Source of the DNA: a virus
DNA length: 64,000 nt
Direction: 5' to 3' (one strand)
Virus record (IMG/VR): IMGVR_UViG_3300042534_000747
The notes under the pieces are model-generated. The model was not told the origin of the DNA and made no database searches. It was given only the letters and a program-made list of their open reading frames with translations. Each line of letters opens with the position of its first letter. Position 1 is the stretch's first letter. Of the stretch, positions 47,887-57,219 are shown one piece after another. The translations under genes and the position numbers were made by a program.

Positions 47887-48441
47887 ATGAATGATGAAAA
47901 ATGGCAAAAATATGAAATTGAAAGAAATAAGGCAGACTTATATGTAAGAACAGAAACAGAAAAATCTATAAAAATATTTGATAAGTATTTTTTAATTAAA
48001 AAAATGCCAAGAGAAAGTGATTTGTATGTTGTTTTAGTGTGTAAGCATTGTGGGAAGGAGTTTAAAGCTAAAACAATTAGTGGTTTTAGAAGTAGAACTT
48101 TAGCAACTGCATTAAAACATATTAGGGAATTAAATACTAGAGATTGGATTGATATTTCGAGATTATATTTAGCAAATTATATTAAAGGTATTGTGCCTGT
48201 AGAACTTGAAAATTATTATGATTTTGTAAGTTTTGATGCTGATACTGGTATTAGATTAGAAACATATGGCAATACTACAATTAAAGGCATGGAAGGGCAT
48301 GTTGGGAGTTATAAAAGAAGGTCTACTAATGGCAATGTGATTGTATATGCAATTGAGAGGGGTATAATGCCTACATTGGAACTAAGTAGAAATATTAAGA
48401 ATTATGATAAGTATCCTAAAGTAAAAGTTTTAAAATATTGA
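47887..48441 (+). CDS. Hypothetical protein with a zinc-finger-like motif
   Basis: CKHCGKEF...KH. Confidence 0.7.
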   Translation: MNDEKWQKYEIERNKADLYVRTETEKSIKIFDKYFLIKKMPRESDLYVVLVCKHCGKEFKAKTISGFRSRTLATALKHIRELNTRDWIDISRLYLANYIKGIVPVELENYYDFVSFDADTGIRLETYGNTTIKGMEGHVGSYKRRSTNGNVIVYAIERGIMPTLELSRNIKNYDKYPKVKVLKY

Positions 48442-48454
48442 TTGAGATTTTTTC

Positions 48455-48862
48455 TCAATCGTAATTTCCTGATGCATTTTCTGACCTGAAGTATTTTTCC
48501 ATTTCCCAACCAATAGCAACTTTTGTCTCATATGAAATTGGTGAAAGATAGCCTACTTCTTTTTTGTAATGTTGAATTACAAGAGGTACAAAATTGTTGG
48601 CTATTCCTTTGATTGCCATTGTGGAATCATAGTTTCCTTTTGCCATTTTCTTTTTGAAGAGTTTAATCCATTCATTCCATTTTTGCATAAGAGCATAATC
48701 ATTTTCGCTATATAGGATTAGTTCTTTTGCATCTCCTAAATTAATGTTTAGGGTTTTGAGTTTTGCTTCAGCACTATAATCCATATTGGATATGAATTCA
48801 TTGTTTTTGTTTAGTGCTCTTTCAATTGTTATTATTTTATCCATTTGATTCATTTTTATCAC
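48455..48862 (-). CDS. Phage-type hypothetical protein
   Basis: ELILYSEND...KKKMAKGNYD...Y.KE.G pattern recurrent in phage proteins. Confidence 0.7.
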   Translation of the reverse strand: MIKMNQMDKIITIERALNKNNEFISNMDYSAEAKLKTLNINLGDAKELILYSENDYALMQKWNEWIKLFKKKMAKGNYDSTMAIKGIANNFVPLVIQHYKKEVGYLSPISYETKVAIGWEMEKYFRSENASGNYD

Positions 48863-48894
48863 ATTAAAATTATTTTTTAAGTATATAAAGGTTT

Positions 48895-49071
48895 TTAGAA
48901 ATGATGTAGTTCAATATTTATGTAATCACTTATAATTGTCAATACATCATAATCATCTTCAGTGTAATGATTTAGTTTGTAATTCATTTTGAGAATATCA
49001 TGATATCTATTTGCATCAAAGAGAGATTTATATGCATTTTCTACAATTTGATACATTTTTTTACGGCACAT
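48895..49071 (-). CDS. Small hypothetical protein (58 aa, not in ORF track)
   Basis: Own TATA promoter; ORF MCRKKMYQ... Confidence 0.45.
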   Translation of the reverse strand: MCRKKMYQIVENAYKSLFDANRYHDILKMNYKLNHYTEDDYDVLTIISDYINIELHHF

Positions 49072-49133
49072 GATATGTAATTGATGGGTGTTAACTTATA
49101 TAAATGTATTGTAAAAATAGAAAAGGGGAAGTG

Positions 49134-49619
49134 TTAGTTAGCACTTATGTTTTCAATATATACAATAAGTTCTAAATCTTTCTTTTCTTTATTAATTATA
49201 TTTTCATCACGAATTAATAATGCATAATCTTTTATTTCAAATATGTAGTTTTCATTAATGTTCAGATTATCTATTTGAATGTCAAATTTATCATTCATGT
49301 TTTCGCCATATATTTCTACACCATCATATTCTAAATGACATGCAATATTGATGTTCTTTAAATCATTACTTCCATTGTTAGTAATATTTGTACTAAATGT
49401 TGTGTATAGAGTGTTATTATTGTCAAATGATTCTATGTATTTGAATTCAGTGACTTCAATATTCAATCCATAATTATTGTTTTTCATTATTACATCTGTT
49501 GGGTAGTCGTTTGCAGTTACGTTGTCTGCATCAATATTGTTTACATTGTAACCTATAAGGGCAATTAGTAAAACAATTATGATGCCAATTCCAATATATA
49601 TTTTTTTCATTTTAATCAT
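49134..49619 (-). CDS. Membrane-anchored beta-sandwich protein
   Basis: N-terminal TM helix, Ig-like strand pattern. Confidence 0.7.
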   Translation of the reverse strand: MIKMKKIYIGIGIIIVLLIALIGYNVNNIDADNVTANDYPTDVIMKNNNYGLNIEVTEFKYIESFDNNNTLYTTFSTNITNNGSNDLKNINIACHLEYDGVEIYGENMNDKFDIQIDNLNINENYIFEIKDYALLIRDENIINKEKKDLELIVYIENISAN

Positions 49620-49794
49620 ATTTAAATTATTTAAATGATAGTATATAAACTTTTACTGTAAATTTAAATAATTATTTGCAAAATTATAAAGATATATTTT
49701 AGAAAAGGTTAAATAATTTGAACGTGTGTATAAAATGGGAGTAGGGTAAATGTGGAGTGGGTTAAGAATTAGGGTGAAATATCCCTAATTCATT

Positions 49795-50214
49795 CTAATT
49801 ATGACCAAATTCATTGCAAAATTCATATTTTTCAATAAAAGTATTACGTTTATTAATATGACGTTCTTTACCATTTTCATCTATTACTATATAATGAAAT
49901 TTATTTTCTCTTATTATTTTAAGAATTTGACTTGTATGAAGGTTAATTGGATTTTTATATTTTATATAACCAATTATAGATTCATCAATCGGAATGCCGT
50001 TTGATGTGCAAAATTCCCAATTATCTTTAAAGTTTGTTTGTTCAATACAATGAATGAATCCATCATTAGACATCATTAAAATTTTGTTGTCATTACTTAT
50101 AAATTTATATATAATGTTATCGTTTTTATTTTTTATATATTTCATTTGAGCACCTTGCATTTTGAGCAGTAAGGGTATTGTGGGTATTTGTAGTTTTGAT
50201 AGCATATAGGGCAT
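49795..50214 (-). CDS. Hypothetical protein, two SH3-like repeats (start probably internal)
   Basis: KYIKNKND...F..NWEFC and GYIKYKNP...F..KYEFC. Confidence 0.6.
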   Translation of the reverse strand: MPYMLSKLQIPTIPLLLKMQGAQMKYIKNKNDNIIYKFISNDNKILMMSNDGFIHCIEQTNFKDNWEFCTSNGIPIDESIIGYIKYKNPINLHTSQILKIIRENKFHYIVIDENGKERHINKRNTFIEKYEFCNEFGHN

Positions 50215-50627
50215 AATTCTAAGCCTTTATGATGGGCGTAATGACATCTATTGCATAGGATTATGGTATCTGTCATTGAAATGTATTTTTGGGTTGTGAG
50301 GGTTATTTCTTCATAGATTTTTTGGTTAATGTTGTTCTGAATAGTGTATAAAGAATAGGCATTTTTTGCTTTTTCCTGTTGTTCTTTTGATAGGATTAAT
50401 TTGTTGTTTATTAAGGGAATGTTATTCTTTTTTACATATTCAATTAAGAAATCATTAAGATATTTTTCATAGATTTTATGTTTTATATCTTCAGGAGTTT
50501 CATGTAAATCTTCAGGATGGTGAATGCTAAGTTTTATTTTAGAATTGCACCATGCACATCTAGATTTAGGTGTGATTATGGAATCACGATTTTGTTTCCA
50601 TTCTTTAGAGTTATGAATTTTAGCCAT
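50142..50627 (-). CDS. HNH endonuclease-like protein
   Basis: SKEWKQNR...CAWC...IHH...LCNRCH. Confidence 0.75.
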   Translation of the reverse strand: MAKIHNSKEWKQNRDSIITPKSRCAWCNSKIKLSIHHPEDLHETPEDIKHKIYEKYLNDFLIEYVKKNNIPLINNKLILSKEQQEKAKNAYSLYTIQNNINQKIYEEITLTTQKYISMTDTIILCNRCHYAHHKGLELCPICYQNYKYPQYPYCSKCKVLK

Positions 50628-50787
50628 TGTTAGTATCTATTGCTCTTAGAGGGCAGTATGGTAAGCATTTTTTGCAATTGATGCAGTTTGAATTTATTAT
50701 TGCTTTACCATATATTTTAATTGCATTATGTGTGCAGATTGATATGCAAAATCCACACCCTACACACTTATTATTAATGTGAATCAT
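50620..50787 (-). CDS. 2x[4Fe-4S] ferredoxin (55 aa, not in ORF track)
   Basis: CVGCGFCISICTHNAI and CINCKKCLPYCPLRAI. Confidence 0.92.
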   Translation of the reverse strand: MIHINNKCVGCGFCISICTHNAIKIYGKAIINSNCINCKKCLPYCPLRAIDTNNG

Positions 50788-50796
50788 GATATTTTT

Positions 50797-50982
50797 TCAA
50801 TTGTCATTTTGAATCGCCTTATCTCTTGTATCTAGAATTACTCTTATTGGACAGTAGAAGATTTTGTCTTTATCAATTGGAGATTTTGAATTGAAAGGGC
50901 AATAATAACATGTTAAATGATTATTGCAAAAATCTTCTAATGATTTAACTGTATTAAGGTCAATTTGGATAAAATTGCTCAT
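50797..50982 (-). CDS. Small Cys-rich protein
   Basis: C...CYYCPF...CPI. Confidence 0.6.
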   Translation of the reverse strand: MSNFIQIDLNTVKSLEDFCNNHLTCYYCPFNSKSPIDKDKIFYCPIRVILDTRDKAIQNDN

Positions 50983-51138
50983 TTAATATTCTTCCACCGT
51001 GAATTCGTTATCTAGGTCAATATCTGCTTGTGAAAGGATAATGTCTGAAAAATAATTATATGCTTTTTGTTCAGCTTCTTTTTCATTGTTTGCTTCTACA
51101 ACTATTGAAATGTCAGTTTTTACTATATATTTAATCAT
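50983..51138 (-). CDS. Small hypothetical protein (51 aa, not in ORF track)
   Basis: VEANNEKEAEQKA phage-type motif. Confidence 0.55.
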   Translation of the reverse strand: MIKYIVKTDISIVVEANNEKEAEQKAYNYFSDIILSQADIDLDNEFTVEEY

Positions 51139-51245
51139 ATTTGGTTAATGGTGATTATAGTATATAAAACAATTGGTTTTTTAATTAGTTAAATTGGTAT
51201 TTTTAAGTTAATTTTATATATGATTAATGCCTTTAGTTGCATTAG

Positions 51246-51770
51246 TTGATAATTATGATTTATGATAAAATGATGTACGAAAGATTCTATTTTAAGGTGT
51301 ATGGTACTAAAGTAACTATGGATGAATTTATTGCAAGTGGTATATATGAAAATATTGTAATGGAAACATTTTCAACATTTGATGAAATGGTAAATTTCTA
51401 TTTGAAGCATATTGCTGATGGATGGAAAGGACTTAGTGTATTGATTGCAGGAAAAATGCCTTATGTAGAATCTACTGTAACATGGGGATTATTTGATACT
51501 GCAATTACTTATACAAATTATGTTGAAGATAATGATGTTGAAAGAGTTGAATGTTATGATGTTGTGTTCAAGGTTATAGGGTATACTAATTCTGATGGTT
51601 TGAAGGGTGAAATTGATAAGGAATTTATAGATTTGGCAGATGCTTTTAGAGTTTATAAAAATTGTATAGATTGGGATGTAATTCATTTTGTAATTGAATT
51701 TACAAATGATAAATTTAAAAATGTAATGTATCCAAATTTGAAACTTACAAGCTATTGTGAGAGAATATGA
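51246..51770 (+). CDS. Repeated-domain family protein (two copies)
   Basis: FKVYG... and FKVIG...DAFRVYKNCIDW. Confidence 0.7.
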   Translation: MIIMIYDKMMYERFYFKVYGTKVTMDEFIASGIYENIVMETFSTFDEMVNFYLKHIADGWKGLSVLIAGKMPYVESTVTWGLFDTAITYTNYVEDNDVERVECYDVVFKVIGYTNSDGLKGEIDKEFIDLADAFRVYKNCIDWDVIHFVIEFTNDKFKNVMYPNLKLTSYCERI

Positions 51771-51831
51771 TTTTTAAGATACATTTAAGTATTATGAGAA
51801 CTATTGGTTGTATTGTTAAAAGGTGATATAA

Positions 51832-52311
51832 ATGGTTAAAGGAGAGTTAATTGATTTTAAAAATTATACTATAAATATAACTGGTAGTAATGGTAATGAA
51901 GGTGCTGAGTTGCTTTATAAAATTAATGGAAATGATTCTATGAAGGCAATTAAGTTGTATAATGAATTGATTGATTGGAAGCATTCTTATTTGTCAATTG
52001 TTGGTATTAAAGATACTAAGAAGGTAATGTTTTCAATAGAGGATGGTGAAATTGTAATTATTAGTTCAATTATGAAAAATGTTGGAGATTATAAAATTCC
52101 AATTGAAGAAATTAAATTTGATAATTATGGATTTGAAATTGCAAATAAAGGTGTAGTTAAAAATAAGGATTTTGGAAAAGATTTCAATTTTACAGTTGAT
52201 AATTTTTTGAATGATGAAAATGCTCAATTGTTAATGTTTGCAGAAAATGAAAAATTTATTCTGATGATTGAAATAGCACCTGAAATTAGAATTAGGATGT
52301 TAGAAAGATAA
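51832..52311 (+). CDS. Repeated-domain family protein
   Basis: INITGS...KAIKLYNELIDW. Confidence 0.7.
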   Translation: MVKGELIDFKNYTINITGSNGNEGAELLYKINGNDSMKAIKLYNELIDWKHSYLSIVGIKDTKKVMFSIEDGEIVIISSIMKNVGDYKIPIEEIKFDNYGFEIANKGVVKNKDFGKDFNFTVDNFLNDENAQLLMFAENEKFILMIEIAPEIRIRMLER

Positions 52312-52314
52312 AAA

Positions 52315-52845
52315 ATGGTGATTGATATGATTAATGATGAAGTTTATTTTAAGGATGCAAGATATAAGGTTTTTGGCAGTAAGAATGATAATGAAGATTC
52401 ATATGTAATGTGTGAAGATTTAGGAGAATCTTTTAGGCAATTCAAGAAGATTATTCATTGGAGAAAGAAAATGCTTGTAATGAGTGCATTTAATGGAGAT
52501 TTAAGGTTATCTCTTTCAATTTCTAATAAGAATATTAAAATAAGAAATGTAAAAGTCAAAGATGTAAACATTGAATCAATGAGGAACAATGTTGAAGATT
52601 TGATTGCCATTGATAGTTTTAAATATATTATTAGTGGGAACAAGGATGATGTTAAGTTTTTTAAGACTTATGATAACAGATTCAATGTTGCAATGAATAA
52701 ATATTTGGATTTGGTTGATGATGATTATAGAAATGTCACTTTCAAGATGATAGGTGTTAATAAGGAACATGGTGTCAGGACAACTATCACTTATGATGGT
52801 GTTATTGGAATTGTCAGTGATAAGATTAAGAGAATATCTGCATGA
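52315..52845 (+). CDS. Repeated-domain family protein (two copies)
   Basis: YKVFGSK... and YIISGNK...VAMNKY. Confidence 0.7.
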   Translation: MVIDMINDEVYFKDARYKVFGSKNDNEDSYVMCEDLGESFRQFKKIIHWRKKMLVMSAFNGDLRLSLSISNKNIKIRNVKVKDVNIESMRNNVEDLIAIDSFKYIISGNKDDVKFFKTYDNRFNVAMNKYLDLVDDDYRNVTFKMIGVNKEHGVRTTITYDGVIGIVSDKIKRISA

Positions 52846-52849
52846 ATAG

Positions 52850-53506
52850 GTGAATATCATGAGTATTGAAAAACAAATGAGAAGTGTCTTGAAATGTCAT
52901 AGATGTGAATTTGAAGTATCATTTTGGGATACAGGTGTAATAAGTACTGAATATGGTTTTGATTATAAATGTATAAATTGTAATGATTATACTACCTCTG
53001 ATATTATTGAAAAAGAGTCAGTTATTAATTATATAGATGTTGAAGGAATTGAATTTGCAATTGATGCTATAGATGTTTATTGTAATAATGAATCAAGTGA
53101 AATATTTGAAAAAATATATTATGATTTTCATAATGCAATAAATGGTTATATGAAATGTGTACTTTCAGATTGGAAAGATAATAATTTTTCTATATATGCA
53201 GATGATAATAAAAATTTCAAATCATGTTTTGGCAAAACAAATGATGAATGGTATATTGTCGTAATGGATAAAAATAAAAGAGAATTAAGATATTATTTTG
53301 ATATGTGTATTGTTACTGGTATAAGTAAAGGACATGAATCTGTTTTGAGAGAAAAAAATATAAAAAATGCTTTAATGAGATATAATCAAATAAAAGATTG
53401 GGATTTTGTAGAATTTGTAATTAAAGGGCAGTATGGTAATCATATTATTGAGTTTATTTATAATAATATGGAAGATATGAAAGTGAAGTGTAGTAAGGTG
53501 GTTTAA
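52850..53506 (+). CDS. Zn-ribbon + repeated-domain family protein
   Basis: CHRC...CINC; CIVTGISK...NALMRYNQIKDW. Confidence 0.7.
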   Translation: MNIMSIEKQMRSVLKCHRCEFEVSFWDTGVISTEYGFDYKCINCNDYTTSDIIEKESVINYIDVEGIEFAIDAIDVYCNNESSEIFEKIYYDFHNAINGYMKCVLSDWKDNNFSIYADDNKNFKSCFGKTNDEWYIVVMDKNKRELRYYFDMCIVTGISKGHESVLREKNIKNALMRYNQIKDWDFVEFVIKGQYGNHIIEFIYNNMEDMKVKCSKVV

Positions 53507-53589
53507 TGGAAATTGTTATAATGAATTTCACAATTCATTAAATCTTTTTTTATAAGTTGATATTTTTATTGTTGTAGATTGAGGTAATT

Positions 53590-54237
53590 ATGAAAAATGT
53601 GTATTATTGTTGTGACATTTATGATTCTGGAAATGGTAATTATATTATAGCCAATGATGTTGATGAAGCAATATTTGAAATAAGCTTATATTTGTTCATG
53701 ACGGATGAAAAAGATTTAAGAGCTATAAAGATAGGAGAAGTTGAAGATAATTGTGTGGAAGGGCTTTGTTATGACGAATTTTACTTATTGAAAGCTGATA
53801 TAATAGATGTATATCATGGTGAGTGTATTTATTGTAATTTATGGGGTAATATTAGAAAACGTAATGGTGAAATTGGATGTGGTGAATGTTTAGATAAAAT
53901 TGAAGGAATTATTAAGAAGAAGCTTTATTTAGGTTATGATAAGAATAAAATGTTTGAATGTATTTATGTAGTTGCAGAAAATTACAATGATGCAAAAAAA
54001 TATGTATGTAGTGAATTTTTTGATTCTAATTATGATGATTTGAGAATATTTAAGGCAAATGGTAAAGTTAATGATTTGGATAATGGAATCGTTAAAGATT
54101 GGAAGATTTTGTTAGAAATGGATATAATTGATAATTATATTGGTAGTTGTCCTATATGTGAATCGATGGATTTGATTGAAAAATGGGATGGATTAATAGG
54201 TTGTATTACATGTTTAGAAAATAAAGATATTATATAA
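53590..54237 (+). CDS. Protein of two ~105-aa tandem repeats, each ending in a Zn ribbon
   Basis: Y(I/V)(I/V)A...A...DLR..K...II...G.C..C...G.IGC..CL twice. Confidence 0.75.
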   Translation: MKNVYYCCDIYDSGNGNYIIANDVDEAIFEISLYLFMTDEKDLRAIKIGEVEDNCVEGLCYDEFYLLKADIIDVYHGECIYCNLWGNIRKRNGEIGCGECLDKIEGIIKKKLYLGYDKNKMFECIYVVAENYNDAKKYVCSEFFDSNYDDLRIFKANGKVNDLDNGIVKDWKILLEMDIIDNYIGSCPICESMDLIEKWDGLIGCITCLENKDII

Positions 54238-54347
54238 ATTATGTTCCTTTTTCATTTTTTATTTATCTACTTGTATATATAATTGTACATGTGGGGATAT
54301 TGTTATATTCAATTAAAACCTTAGCAGATTTTGTGTAGGTGTAAAAA

Positions 54348-54884
54348 ATGCAAAAAAATGTTAAGATTGTACTTGATTATTGTATTGAAAAACAATATTT
54401 ATATAATAATATAGAATTCGATGGATTGTCAGTTATGTTTAATCTTATGTATACGCATTTTCCTTGTTGTATTGATAAAACATCAATTTGGATGGAAAAA
54501 GCTTCAATTGTTGCATTATTGTATAAATTTCCATTGAATAAAAATATATCAATTGATGAATTAAATCTTGATATGTCTATTAAAGATATTGAAGATATAA
54601 AAAATTCATTAAAGATACTTTATTATGATGAAAATAATTCATACACGGATTATATTAATAATTTAATCAGTAAATGCATTGATTTAAAATGTATACCATT
54701 ATTTGTTAAATTAGGTTATATAGATTATTATATTCAAACGTTAAAAATGAATAAAATTAATGAAGATGATATTGAATTAAAGAGGTACATTGAGACTAGG
54801 GAATTTTTAATTCAATTTAAAAGAGAAAATAATTGTAAAAATATACCACATCTTTATGAAAAAAATAAAGCTGTAAAACTATAA
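54348..54884 (+). CDS. Degenerate HD-domain (RelA/SpoT hydrolase-like) protein
   Basis: VALLYK at the ALLHD position; Y.DYI..(L)I and VKLG at the VKLAD position. Confidence 0.5.
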   Translation: MQKNVKIVLDYCIEKQYLYNNIEFDGLSVMFNLMYTHFPCCIDKTSIWMEKASIVALLYKFPLNKNISIDELNLDMSIKDIEDIKNSLKILYYDENNSYTDYINNLISKCIDLKCIPLFVKLGYIDYYIQTLKMNKINEDDIELKRYIETREFLIQFKRENNCKNIPHLYEKNKAVKL

Positions 54885-55034
54885 TTATTTTTTCATTTTT
54901 TTCTTCATTTTTGCAATTTTACTAATATTTGATTTATTGTGTTTTCTACCTATAATTTTAAATTTTCTTAATTTTTGAGATATATTAAGTGAACTAATTG
55001 ATGTTTTTGACATAATTTTAACCTATGATTTTAG

Positions 55035-55118
55035 TGCGAAGGGTGTGATTTGAACACACGAATCCCTACGGAACAAGATTTTAAGTCTTGCGCATTTGAC
55101 CAACTCTGCTACCCTCGC
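55035..55118 (-). tRNA. trnL: tRNA-Leu(UAA)
   Basis: Cloverleaf GCGAGGG/CCTTCGC, loop CT-TAA-AA, long variable arm, A73, no CCA. Confidence 0.97.
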
Positions 55119-55146
55119 ATTGTGATTATCATTCAAGACATGATGC

Positions 55147-55448
55147 TTGAACAATACTATACATATGCTTTATAGTATAAATAGTTAACTGATAATTGAA
55201 TAAATGAAAGTTATTCCTATAGACTATGGGTACTATAAGCTAGCTATATATAGGCTTTTTTCTAATAATGATTTTTTAAGAATCAGTATCTAGTGACTTA
55301 TTTTAATGATTATTATAGAATCTATTATTTAGAATGTTCACAATGTGATTCAATGACAATGGGAATCATTAGAAAAAATATAAAAAAGATAACTGTTTTT
55401 CACACACCTATTTACTGATGGTGAAAAAACAGATTTAGTTGTCAGTAG
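55147..55448. repeat. Direct repeat copy 2 (between integrase stop and tRNA-Leu)
   Basis: Blocks identical to 28330-28386 and 28543-28578; the three right-hand blocks share a constant 26870-bp offset. Confidence 0.95.
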
Positions 55449-55454
55449 GCATTA

Positions 55455-57068
55455 TTATTCAGATTTATCATCATTTAATAATTTTTTGAATTTTTCTCTT
55501 CTTTTATGCACTAATTCAACCATCTGATTTACTCTTCTACAAGCATTTTCATACTCAACATCTATTTTAGCTTCTTCTCTTTGTTTTTCTGCTTTTTGTA
55601 CAAGTGTTTCACCTTCTTCAATCTTTTTACCTATTCTTTTAAGATTATCCATTTCTTTTCTAATTTTAGTCATTTCTGAATCTTGATATGTAATAATTAT
55701 ATTCACTGTAAATTGCAATAATGGTAAACATTTATCAAAATAAAAATCTATTAACTTTATTTGCCACGGTATAAAATAGGCATCTTCCATTGCAGTTACT
55801 TTATGACCCATCATATATTTTACATAATTTGGAGTATCTGTATTATTCATAAGAGTACTACCAAAATAAGCTCTCATTTTATGAGAACGTAAATCATTCC
55901 ATTCATATTCTTTTTTCAATTGACCTGTTTTTGCTGCCAATTTTTTATACATATGCATCATGCCATCCTGTGACATTTTTCTATATTTTTCATTTCTATC
56001 TTTTAAAAATTTTGCAGGTATTACAGTATTTACAAATAAAGATATATTTTTTGTTGAATCTTCATCAACTATATCTATATCATATCTTCTTTTTTGATAT
56101 GCAACATAACTATGATTTCCTTCATGTTGTCTAGGAGATGGAGTATTTCTATAAATTAAATATTTATCAATTGCTTCAACAGCTTCAGGACTGAAAAATG
56201 TAATGAATTTTTTATTTGATTTTTTAGTTTTTTCTCTTAATAAAAATAACATACATATTGTTACATCAATTTCTTTTTCAGTTCCATCATCATTAATTAC
56301 AGTTCTTTTAATTGTTTTTTTACTATTTTCATAATCATATATTGATAAATTACGTAAATCAATACCTGATATTCCTGAAGATGTTTGAGCTAAAATTACA
56401 GCTTTTTCTAAATAATCTGTATATTCTAATATGTCAATCATTTCATCTCTTGTATAGATATATTCATGTTTTGTCAATGATTCCCTATTTGGCAAATTTT
56501 TAATTATTTTTTTAGGAAAAATTATACCAAAATGCTCATAAAATGATTTGATAGCTGATATTTTAGATATAATTGTATTAGGTGCAAATTCACGATGTTC
56601 AATTACATTTTCATGTTTATCAGTTATATCATATCCCACATTTATTAATGCATCATAATAAGCTTCTATTCTTGCAACTGATAATTGCATTCTTGAAACT
56701 GGTAAATTTGCTTTTAAATTAGCAACATTATTTTCATCAGTTAAAGCTTCTTTTATTAATTGTTCAGGTGTAATTTTATGGGTTAAACAGAATTGAACTA
56801 TAGCTTCAAATTGTATATTAATTGTATTTTTTGGTTTATTTTTGAAAAAATCTTGTAAAACATAATTTTCTTTTAACACATCTCTATCAAGAGTGGTATC
56901 ATTTTCATCTTCAGGGTCAGGCACAAAATCCATATCTGTATTTAATATTTTCTCAAATAATGTAGTAGTTGTAGTTGCGCTAGGTTTATGATTAATGAAT
57001 TTGTTTCTGTTCTTTTTGCTATTAGCTTTAGTTCTAAGGTTAGAATCATCTGACAAATAATCACCCAT
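55455..57068 (-). CDS. int: Tyrosine recombinase/integrase (methanogen-type)
   Basis: QTSSGISGIDL box I, LREKTKK, SHKMRAYF (HxxR), YMMGH, AYF Tyr; C-terminal coiled coil. Confidence 0.92.
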   Translation of the reverse strand: MGDYLSDDSNLRTKANSKKNRNKFINHKPSATTTTTLFEKILNTDMDFVPDPEDENDTTLDRDVLKENYVLQDFFKNKPKNTINIQFEAIVQFCLTHKITPEQLIKEALTDENNVANLKANLPVSRMQLSVARIEAYYDALINVGYDITDKHENVIEHREFAPNTIISKISAIKSFYEHFGIIFPKKIIKNLPNRESLTKHEYIYTRDEMIDILEYTDYLEKAVILAQTSSGISGIDLRNLSIYDYENSKKTIKRTVINDDGTEKEIDVTICMLFLLREKTKKSNKKFITFFSPEAVEAIDKYLIYRNTPSPRQHEGNHSYVAYQKRRYDIDIVDEDSTKNISLFVNTVIPAKFLKDRNEKYRKMSQDGMMHMYKKLAAKTGQLKKEYEWNDLRSHKMRAYFGSTLMNNTDTPNYVKYMMGHKVTAMEDAYFIPWQIKLIDFYFDKCLPLLQFTVNIIITYQDSEMTKIRKEMDNLKRIGKKIEEGETLVQKAEKQREEAKIDVEYENACRRVNQMVELVHKRREKFKKLLNDDKSE

Positions 57069-57155
57069 TGGTTGAATTTGGTCACGGTATACATGTGTGT
57101 ATATGGAGTTTAGATATTAATACGTTGCTATCATGCGAAAATACATGAATCATTA

Positions 57156-57219
57156 AGTATATGTAGAGTTCTGTCTTTGAGTACCCATACGTATCTAGAG
57201 ACAAGTCTCTACATATACT
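57156..57219 (-). promoter_or_regulatory. Long hairpin in the integrase 5' leader
   Basis: 13-bp perfect IR 57156-57168/57207-57219 with further inner pairing; TATA at 57250-57257. Confidence 0.7.

Noticed and set aside
55035-55118. tRNA-Leu as the attB/attL of an integrated provirus
   Set aside because: The integrase lies on the 5' side of the tRNA, both flanks look element-like, and no duplicated tRNA 3' fragment was seen in the window.
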